From the human T2T-CHM13v2.0 reference genome, Homo sapiens, in NCBI RefSeq assembly GCF_009914755.1, contig NC_060927.1: a DNA stretch of 64,000 nucleotides; one strand, written 5' to 3'. This document shows positions 53,258-64,000 of this stretch, piece after piece. How positions within the stretch are numbered: position 1 is the stretch's first letter; every line of letters starts with the position of its first letter. Position numbers and translations under genes: made by a program. The notes below the pieces were generated by a model, which was given only the letters and a program-made list of their open reading frames with translations, did not search any database and was not told where the DNA came from.

Positions 53258-54799
53258 GAAACTCTGTACGTGGCTAGCACCTAGTACCAAGAGGCAGGTG
53301 GAGCAATGATGTGTTACCATGGAAAGAACACTTAGCTGGCAGTCAGGGGACCTGGGTTTGGTTCTCAGTTTACCACTGTCATCTTTGTCATCTGTCTGGT
53401 CTCAGGCAAGACACTGTCTCTCTGGGCCTCAGTTTCCCTCCTGAAAAATTACTGTGTTGGGCTACATTATTTCTGAGTTTCCTTACGGTGTCCAGATCTG
53501 ATGATATTTGGCATGGTATAAATAAATAGAATATAGTGAAAATCCTCAAGGAGGACAGATGATTTATTTAAATTTCATTAGCTTCCTTTCCCTACCTACT
53601 AGTCAGTATGAATATGGCTATAAAAGCAGACATCAGGAAGTGACTAGAAAGATGGAGCAGGAATTAAAGGAATCAAGGAGAGAAGAGGTGCTTAGTGTTA
53701 AGAGTACCACTATGGATGAAAAGTCCGACTTTAGATATAAAAGCAGCTTATATAAAATTATAAGCTACAGCAAAATTGTTCCATATTGGCCAAGAAAGGA
53801 GAAACGAATGCTGTAAGAAGGACTTAGTTTCAGCTCAAGCAAAAGAGATTCTTTCAAGAAATTCTAGATTTCTAAAAATGCAGCAGCTGTTACAGGAGCA
53901 TCTTATTCATAGATGTGTGCACAAAAAAAAAAAAAGACTGACCACTTGAAGTAATATAAAAGGGTTGAATGAGAAGTTGGACAAGAATCCTGAGACTGAA
54001 TCTCCTTCTAGACCCAATATTTTATAACTATATCAACATAAACTGGACTTGACATACTTAGAGCTTCCTTCTGAAAATGCCCATTGAATTTTTAGAAATA
54101 TGTTAGATATTAGATATTAGATATAAAATATATTAGATAAATTTTACAAATTATCTCAGACAAGGAAGATTTTTAAAATATTTATGTTTTTCTTCAGTAC
54201 CTAGTACAATGCCACATTGTACTAACGGCACATAGTAGGTGCTTATTAAATATTTGTCAAGTAAATGAAAATTTATATAATACTGCAAAGGGAAGCGTTA
54301 AATGGTTTACGTGTTCCTGGTCAAACTTGAGCTAGCTTCCCTGCTTTTCTCTTCTAAACATCTCCACAGGGTCATCCAATTAGTGTTTGAATTGAGTGGC
54401 CATGTGAGCCTAAGAGCAAACGCTTGCATTCCAAGACATGGGGAGGGCTAGGAAAAGGCAGACCATCCAGTAAGGTTTGGTTGGCCACAGCCGCATGTGG
54501 TCCATTGTTAACTTGGCAGCATTCCCATGTGCTGCAGGCTGAGGTGAACCCTGGCAATTAACGCAATCACCTTCTCTGTAGCAGCAGCAGGATTCTCTGG
54601 AAGTTATAGCAGTTAAGAGGAGAGCACAGCTTGAGGCTCAGATCTGGGATGCCAGGGTAGAGGTGTAGGGGAGTCTGTTCTGCCTCCAGCTTCAATAAAC
54701 TCTGGCTTTGGAAACAAGATTCATAGCAGAGAACGACCAAAGGGGAAAGAAACCCATTCTTTTCCCACTCAGAGTAGAATGGGGATGTGTCTATGTGTT

Positions 54800-54880
54800 G
54801 CGGGGCAGCGGGGCGGAGGGGGGTCAAAAATATAAAACAGTCAGTGATGCTGCTGCTTCTTCCAAGTGCATTCAGCTACA
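54800..54880 (+). promoter_or_regulatory. Putative GC-box plus TATA core promoter or enhancer
   Basis: GGGGCGGAG at 54810-54818 then TATAAAA at 54831-54837, in apparently unique sequence with retained CpGs. Confidence 0.3.
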
Positions 54881-55994
54881 TGATTCATTTGATCCTGCTG
54901 TAAGGTGAACCAACAGAATGACCTGGAGCTTCAGACTCCTAATTTCAGACCCCTAACCCATGCCAATAATAAATCTGAGATTCATTTCATTTTCTCATGT
55001 TTCATGTCATTTTGTCTCATGTTTCCACAGCCAGATAAAATAAATCCCCTCTCAGAAGCACCTGGACCTGAGAGGCCATCACCCAGGTGTGCAGCTTTGG
55101 AAACTAGAAAAGAGTATGATGATTATCATTCTGTTTTCTATAGAGGAAAAAGATGAGCAAATGAGGATCAGAATCCTGCCAAGTCTAAAGCCAGTGCCTC
55201 CATGGAAACCTAATTTCTACTTAATAGCACTAAATGATTAAATGAGACCCTTTGACACTGCTTCTTAACAAGGCATGATAGCTGGGTGCTTTGTTTTATG
55301 ATTCTAGTTGTTGAATATGATTAAGAGAAGATTCTCTGAGCTCTCTTTCAACCTTAGAGAACCCTAAAATGTTTTTTTAATTACACCAGCAAAGCTGGAA
55401 GATAACATACACTACATTTATTGATCAATTTCTCCAAGTGCTGGGGTTATACTTGGCACTTGCTAGATGATTACATTATATTTGCTGTTAATAATTGCAC
55501 CCCGGGAACTAATTTAACTCCTCATTCCCCCCCAGAGTAGTATTTTACCTTACCCTTTAGTTCAAGGGAAAGTTGGTGAATCTTAGTCGCCATAAATGAG
55601 ATAAAAGGTAATTTGTCAGATTAAATCCCTGAGCTGAAAATTAAACAGTGAGAACACTGTACGAGGTTTTTATGATTCTCAATCCTTGAGGTGATCACGG
55701 AGACATAAATTTAGGTTTCAAAATTGGAGTCATTCCCCAAGGAAGGGACTGGGTTTGGCCTGAGAGGGAGGATCTTGAGGTGTGGGAAGTGATGACATCA
55801 GGCTCAGTTTTTCAAAGGAAACTTTAGAAATGAGGAGGATTTTTAGAAAGTGAGAGAAAGTGCACGTGGCCTGCATGGGGTCCTGAGAAGATACAGGTTA
55901 GGTCACATTCATCTGGGAGGAGGGGGAGCTGTAGAGGTGGAAGCACTGGGCTGCTCACATCCCTTCAAGGAGAAACCCTAGAAAACATTACAAT

Positions 55995-56487
55995 AATGAC
56001 TCAGCCCTACCTGATCTGGACACCCTACCCTCACCCCCTCCCTATCACTCTGCCCTTTGCCAGCCCCACCCACCCATGCTGCCCAGGGTCTTCCTTGACT
56101 TTCCCTGCATGTTCCTGCCCCAGGACAGTTGTATTTGCTGTTCCTTCTGCCTGGAATGCTGCCCCCTCACTCCCCAGGCGATCACCTGGCTCACCCCTCA
56201 CTCCTTCAGGCCTTTCCTCAAAGGTCTCCACTTGATGAGAATTTCCCAGACCACCCTGTTTAAAATAGGAATCCCCTGCCTCCTGACCTGCCCACTCTCC
56301 TTGAAGGCTCTTTTTTCCCACAGCACTGATCACTTTTAACATATCATATACTTTACCCTTTTATTCTCTGTCTCCCTGTCACTCCTGAATACAAGCTCCC
56401 TGTGAGTGGTGATTGTTGCCTGTTTTGGTCACTGCTGTCTTCCCAGTGCCAAGAACAGTCCCAGGGTACATAGTTGAATGAATGAAA
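55995..56487 (+). mobile_element. L2 (L2a-like) 3' end
   Basis: TTTGCTGTTCCTTCTGCCTGGAATGCT...CACTGCTGTCTTCCCAGTGCCAAGAACAGT...GTTGAATGAATGAA terminus. Confidence 0.85.
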
Positions 56488-57186
56488 GAGAGAAAACAAA
56501 AGTCCAACTCAGGGAAAGAAAAATAAGAGAAACCCCAAGCAGGATGGAAGAGATGAGTTGCAAGGATAAAAAGAGAACTCCAAAAGCTGAGATTTTGGGA
56601 GACGTACATAAAGAATAGAGCAAGATAAATTGCCCCTGCCATCCCTGCTGTGTGGCTTGGCATGGGGGCTCATCACCTGACGTCCGCCCTTTAAAATGAT
56701 CTGCTCACACCTCATAGGTTCTGTTCTGCCTGAAATAGTTACAGCGACTCAGCACAGAGGGGTGGGAGTAAATTATTCTCTAGGCTGTATCAGCTGTGGC
56801 CAGAGCTGTGTTATCTGGCGGGGTCTTGGCAGTGGCTGACTGAGGCTGGAGCAGGCCCGGGCGGGCAATCTTGGCATGCTGTACTCTCCACAGTGCTGCC
56901 ACATGTCTGGTAGGAATAGAAGGAAACATGTCACCAGAGCTCATCCCTCCTTATACCAAACCACAGAATGATCTAAAATTTCCATTCAATTAAACAGTAG
57001 AGAAAGAAGAATAACCACATGCATAAAACTCTACTATCCCCTGAGATTCCTCTAAAATGAGAAAAAAATATAGACTTTCTGAAAAAGAGAAGAATCTGAA
57101 AGGGCAACAAAGATGAAATAAGAGATAATAGTAAATAAGGGATGTTAATTTATTTTGGCAAGAGTGGGAGACAATGGAGGAATTGG

Positions 57187-57369
57187 CGTATTTCATCAGT
57201 TCTAAAACATGCATCTTTTTAACATTTTAATGTTTCTGAAATCAGAATGGCTCTTACAATTGGTGGTATCTTACAGTTGTAATTGGCAGCATTTTTCCTT
57301 CTAAATTATTTATTAGATAATGAATAATGTATTCTATAATCGATTGCATCTTAGATGAAATAAAACATG
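57187..57369. mobile_element. MER104-like Tc2 MITE
   Basis: CGTATTTCATCAGTTCTAA...TCTGAAATCAGAATGGCTCTTACAAT...GCATCTTAGATGAAATA, with inverted ends. Confidence 0.7.
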
Positions 57370-57628
57370 ATAACAGCACAGAGAAATCTGAATGCTGAAA
57401 GTTCACAGAGGGCCATGCCAATGAGAGGAAGCCAAGCTCCCTTGCAGAATTCCAGAAGGGGCAGAAGATTTGCCTGCACCGTGTGCTATGAGGGTTGGGG
57501 TGAAAAGCTGGGCCAACGAGGGATTGGTTGAAAGTTGGTAGAAGGAACCACAGACTCCTCCAGATCCCTGACACTTTCCGCACCGATGCAGCCAGCTAAC
57601 TACCCTTCTCTTCCCCTCATTCCCTGGA

Positions 57629-57760
57629 TCCAGATAAAATACAGGAGGTTCAATTAAATTTGAATTTCATATTATAAATAATTGCATGGGACATATTTAT
57701 GCTAAAAATATTCTTTGGCCATCTGACATTCAGATTTCAATGGGCAGCCTCTATTTTGTT
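57629..57760. mobile_element. MER53 palindromic MITE
   Basis: CCAGATAAAATACAGGA...TTAAATTTGAATTTCA...ATCTGACATTCAGATTT. Confidence 0.8.
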
Positions 57761-57900
57761 TCTGTTTGGATGTGGAGGAATTGAATCAGACATGTTCTAA
57801 ACTGTGACATGCAAGCTCCGTGGAAACCTAGGAAGAGGCACAGTACTGAGCACAAACAGTTTAAGTAAAGACCTATTGAATGATGACAGACTCAGCCACA

Positions 57901-58215
57901 TTTTATTTGTTGTTGTTGTTTGTTTGCTTTTTTGAGACGGAGTCTCACTCTGTCACCCAGGCTGGAGTGCAGGGGCGTGATGTAGGCTCACTGCAACCTC
58001 TGCCTCCAGGGCTCAAGCAATTCTCCTGCCTCAGCACCCTGAGTAGCTAGGATTACAGGCGTCCACCACTGCGCATGGTTAATTTTTATATTTTTAGTAG
58101 AGATGGGGTTTCGCCATGTTGGCCAGTCTGGTCTTGAACTCCTGACTTTAGGTGATCTGCCAGCCTTGGCCTCCCAAAGTGATGGGATTACAGGCATGAG
58201 CCACCACACTCGACC
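57901..58215 (-). mobile_element. AluS
   Basis: Full antisense dimer with a perfect TSD ACTCAGCCACA (57890-57900 / 58216-58226). Confidence 0.95.
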
Positions 58216-58560
58216 ACTCAGCCACACTTTGTAGTTCAGCTTTGAGAGCACTGAGGGTCAGATTCACTCCCTCACTCCCATCACCACCATCCAAGGCAAG
58301 AAGGTTGGGAGCTCTTGTGTGGGGACCCTGACTTTGGAAGATCCCCTAATGAAGCAGCTAGTCCCCTGCCTACCTAATCATCCGACAGAGAAGCCCACCA
58401 TTCAATGAGTTCTCTCTCCCTGCTCCCCGTGAATATATGGGACTCTCATGCAGATTTCTGCCCCACTCTGAAAATGGGCAGACAACAAAACACCGCTAGA
58501 CATTCAAAGGAAGCCTGCAATTTGGGAAACAGTAACAGACAATAAAACAGAAAAAGAACT

Positions 58561-58911
<351 letters not shown>

Positions 58912-59048
58912 CTAAAAGATAACTAGCATGTTAGAGGGAAGAAATGGTATTGGATTTATGAAAGAGTATCATCCTGTCTTTAAGAGGGAACAACAAAATA
59001 AGAAATTCTTTAAAAATATAATCATCAGAATTAAAAAAAAAACAATTA

Positions 59049-59378
<330 letters not shown>

Positions 59379-60084
59379 TCAGAAAATAAAATAAATAGGC
59401 ATACAGATGAAAATTTGGAATAAAAAATATATAATATTGAGAGGATCCATCCAAGAAGTGTTCAACTAACAGGAGGCCTAGAAAGAGAAGAAAAATCAGG
59501 AAGAAACAAAATTATCAAAGAATGTAAGAATATTATCTGGAACCAATAAATATGTGTTCCTGGACTGATAGGGCCCACAAAATGCGCAAGACCAAGAATG
59601 GAAATAGTGCAAAGTCAGACCCATTGGCATAACCACCAGAACCCTAGTGATGAAGATTCTTAAAGAATTGGGGGTTGAGGCTACATGCACATCCAAGTTA
59701 TGGTTTGGGAGCAGGTGAGCACCACATTTCAGGAATGACATTACCTTCTGAGATGGGAATCTCAGTAAAAGTCCAAGATCCCAAGGGGGTGGGAAAGGAT
59801 GTTTGAGGGGTGCATGGAATAAGTTAGGCTGGAATCACTTCTGAGCAGCTATCCACACAGCCTTCACTCAAGTGAACAATGCACTTCACTTGGCTCTCAT
59901 GATGTGCAGTTAGCCTCTTCTAAAAGAACTCACTGCCACCATGCACGCTGGAAATTCTGGACTCAACATCTGATTATACTAAATGACAGAGAAAATGAGC
60001 AAGATTTCATGACTCAGAAGCATTCAAAGTACTCAAGATATTTACAAATAAGCACACTGTAATTAACCATAATTAATTGAAAGC

Positions 60085-60430
60085 AATAATTGAAATTGGG
60101 AAATCTCATGCAAAAATCTAGATTTCTGGCTGATTTCAAAGCACATGTAGATTTGAAAACATAAGGCTCATCTTCTTGAGACAATTGGCTGGAGCTTAAT
60201 AGTTGCCTGCTTCAGATTAGGCTTGCTGTTCCAATTAGCCAGAGTCTCTATCACTCCCTATTTTCCCTGAGTCTTGATGTCAGTTGTCCATTGCTATTTG
60301 TCATTGAATGGACGTTCTCTTTTTTTATTGTAATAGAGTTAAGTGGAAAATGAACCTTTACCTTAACATGGTCAGCATCACTCAGACTCATCCCCAGCCT
60401 AATTCTTGTGGGCATTTGAATTGCTATCCT
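60085..60430. mobile_element. hAT-Charlie relic (MER113/MER102-like)
   Basis: GGGAAATCTCATGCAAAAATCTAGATTTCTGGC...CAATTGGCTGGAGCTTAATAGTTGCC. Confidence 0.5.
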
Positions 60431-60486
60431 GCTTCAGCAAGCCACAGCATGACATCCCACTAGCATTGTGTCTAGCTACCACTTAA

Positions 60487-60882
<396 letters not shown>

Positions 60883-61396
60883 TAACCACTTAATTATTCT
60901 GGATCTCAGTTTCCTTCTGCAAGAGAAATCTTAAATCTTGTGATGCTTAGTTGCCAAGGTGCTGCTAATGTAGTAAGAAAAAATATGGCCAATGGAGAAA
61001 GTAATATTTCCATTATCAAAACTAAAGTCCCATTTAATGACTTTTCTCTTATTTACCCCAGCTCAAACATGAAAGCCCCCATTGTGTACACTGTATTTCA
61101 CAATATTTCCCTGGTTTATCCTTTCTATATATTTTCAATTTAGAAACATTAAAAAAGAGAGAAAAAATAAGTTATGATTTGGCATTTTAGAGAGATTAAA
61201 GATTGTAGACAATTCTAACACTTTAATACAGAGACTTTTCACAAGCTTAATTGAGGATGGCTCTAAAAATTAAGGAGAAAAAGATAAAAGTAACGTGTTG
61301 TTATCAGTAAAAGCTGCCAAGAATTTATCAAGAGTTTGATGTGGCTGTGTTTCAGTTGGCCTTGACTAGAAGTGGAGATGCTCTGAAACTCTCCTA

Positions 61397-61476
61397 TTAG
61401 TTTAGTGCAAAAGTAATTGTGGTTTTTGCCATTGAAAGTAATGGCAAAAACCACAATTACTTTTGCACCAACCTAA
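61397..61476. mobile_element. MADE1 (Hsmar1-derived MITE), complete 80 bp
   Basis: TA-TTAGTTTAGTGCAAAAGTAATTGTGGTTTTTGCCATT-GAAAGT-AATGGCAAAAACCACAATTACTTTTGCACCAACCTAA-TA: two 37-bp TIRs, a 6-bp spacer and a TA TSD. Confidence 0.97.
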
Positions 61477-61944
61477 TATAATTGGTATGTCCTTAATTGT
61501 GGGGTGAAATAAAGGCCAAAATCATTTTATATATTGCCTCAGCTTACCTCATGTGGGCTATTTCAGGCAGGGGAATCCAAAGCCCCAGGGGAATGAAACG
61601 GTATGGCTGCCTGACAAACTTTGCTTTGTTCAAGGTGTTAGAGCAGGTATGAACCTTGAGGAGGGAGGTGGCACAGATGAAGGGTTGTGGCATAAATTTT
61701 GCTGAACTATTCATGTAGATGGTATAGCATATTATACTAGATGTGTTCACACTCCAGAAATATGCGGTTGTTTAGAAGAAATGCTTCCGGTCTTCTTTGT
61801 TACATGCCTCTTTATTAATGTCAGTAATGATAAGCACCTTTTATTTGAGTGCTACAAGTGCATTTCACTGCATTAGGTATTTTTATGCATCATCTCTGAT
61901 CTTCAGAACTACGTTGCTAAGTGGATAATTACCCACTATTAACC

Positions 61945-62560
61945 CAATCATCCATCCAACCTACACATGTGTTTTGAGCTCTGCCTTCATGCCAGGGCCT
62001 TTGTACCCAGCACAGGAAATGCAGTTGTGAATAAAACAGTCAAGGTCCCTACATTCATAAAACATATATTCTGGTAAAGAGTAACCTACAATTAACTGCA
62101 ATATAAAATGTAACAAATTAATAAGCACCATGAAAAAAATGAAGACAAGGAGAAAGGAAGATATGATAAAGAATGTGGGTGACTACTATATATGTATATT
62201 TGTTTACAAACTGTAATGAGTGCCACCACCATATAATACAAGGAACCTATTGATGAATACGCAATGAGAGTAAACTTAATTTTGGCTTGGGTGAGGTGTC
62301 AAAAAAGACCTGTGTAGGTAAGTGGCATTTAAGCTGAGACTTCAGTTAGGTGGGGTGTTAGGTGAGGTGGGGGTGGTGGGAGGCGGGTTGTAAGTAAGAG
62401 GAATAACATGGACAAATGTCTTGATGTAGAAAAGAACTTGACTTATTGGAGGTGCTAAACTAAAGCCACAGCAAGGAGAGTAACTCACGGAGTGGGACAA
62501 GGTGAGGTAGAGAGGAGAATGGCACAGGTCAAACGCTCATGAAGATCAGTGTCATATCTA
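61945..62560 (-). mobile_element. L2 relic(s)
   Basis: CAGTTGTGAATAAAACAGTCAAGGTCCCT...GGTAAGTGGCATTTAAGCTGAGAC. Confidence 0.6.
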
Positions 62561-62715
62561 AGGAAATAGGTTGTTACAGGTTAATAGAGCCCTAAGAACC
62601 CAAAGATAAGTGATCAATATTTGATTAGAATCCAGATATATCAAACTATGTGTCCCATCTATTCAAGTAGCTCTTTCTAGTACGCATGCTGTCTCTGTAC
62701 CAAGAGGCAGTTGGG

Positions 62716-62716
<1 letters not shown>

Positions 62717-62762
<46 letters not shown>
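62717..62762. repeat. (AC)n microsatellite, about 23 units
   Basis: Directly visible. Confidence 0.97.
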
Positions 62763-62764
<2 letters not shown>

Positions 62765-64000
62765 CTAAACTGGGAATACCAGTTCAGAAGCAGATCCCTG
62801 CAGTTTGGCTGCATATATTTTTGGATAAAGATGACCTGGCAGTGCCTGGCCCATGTTCCTTCAGTACTAAAGCTCAGACCAACAGCTGTGCATCTCAGTA
62901 AGGAGCTGGACCATGCAAGTCAAAACTAGGCTGGAAGCACTTAACACCTGAACTCCTGGGCTGCTGGCAAGCCAGATGATAAAGGAATAAACAGTCATCG
63001 TACCTCATTCTTGGCCTTTAAATCATCCGAGAGCCTTCATCATTTTTGTCGAGTTATTTTAATTGCTCTCATTTGCAGAAGCAAATTAGGTGCAGCATTG
63101 TTCTCAGGATGCTGTTCAGATTGATGCCAGGAAGGAACAAAATGAGCAAAAAAAAAAAAGAAAAAAAGAAAAGAAAGAAAACCTCTTTCCACACAAAAGC
63201 CCAACCAATCTCTGTGAGGGAAATTGATTTGTAAACCTTGTCAAAGTAGTTTCAAAAGCAAATCTATTTGGGGCATCGTGGGGTTTGTAATCAAGGTCAG
63301 AAGAAATAGTTCAATTAGTACATGTGTCTAACACCAATAAAAGATTTTCCTGCATTAGAACTGTCAAAGAGAATGACCTTACCACTGTATAGTCTCCATG
63401 AACTCAGAATCAAAGACAGGATTGTTTCTTATAAAAATGCTATTGAAAGTTTGTTAGATTAAGCCTTATCTAACACATGCTAAATAAAATGGTGATTGGG
63501 GAAGTAATTTTGAGAATGCAGGCAACCCACACACTTCTCTCAGGTTATCTGAATAATTTATTTATGTTTTCTCCTCACGAATTTGGGTTGTTCTGATTAA
63601 TTTACTGCTTAATGACCTGACCACAGGAAGGAGAACAGGGAAAGGAAGATTTGGTCGAATTCAACACATTTTTAATGAATGCATATTCAGACCAACTACA
63701 GAACAAAGCACTGGAGATATATTCTATAGCAGGGGTAAGGAAGAGACAGACACTTTCTGAGATCCCAGAATGTACCGTTGAGCTACAAACTTGCTCAGAC
63801 CCTCAATGCCATTCTCAAGGACTCACACAGGCATATGAGGCATCCCTTGGGAGCATATATGATGGATTCCCAAAGAAGTTTCAATTGGTAAGATTTTGTG
63901 CTGTCATCTAGGGACCATTAACATAATTCCAAAATTTCAACACTTGAAAATACAATCTAGGTTCTTATTGATCTGGAAGCTCAGTAAAATCACAGTCCTT

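Overview
This window is primate, very probably human, non-coding genomic DNA. It is AT-rich, depleted of CpG and has no CpG island. I recognise no protein-coding exon and no known RNA gene. The longer ORFs in the track are read-throughs of Alu, LTR, L1 or Tigger1 sequence, and I could not assign the locus. A large share of the window is interspersed repeat: 9 Alus, many MIR and L2 relics, old L1M pieces, a 5'-truncated L1PA and a near full-length Tigger1 with a decayed transposase. There are also several MITEs (MADE1, MER53, MER58, MER104, MER5) and many solo LTRs, including three LTR1-like copies with 4-bp TSDs, two of them convergent and about 0.94 kb apart. The strongest signal the repeats do not explain is a 92-nt pri-miRNA-like hairpin at 24767-24858. 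Its 21-bp outer stem closes fully only as a + strand RNA, through two G-U pairs, and it begins 8 nt downstream of a strong + strand splice acceptor. Other consensus + strand splice sites (about 8.2-8.45 kb and 32.67 kb) suggest a possible spliced lncRNA, which is inference only. Repeat subfamily names come from my recollection of consensus sequences and need RepeatMasker/Dfam confirmation.
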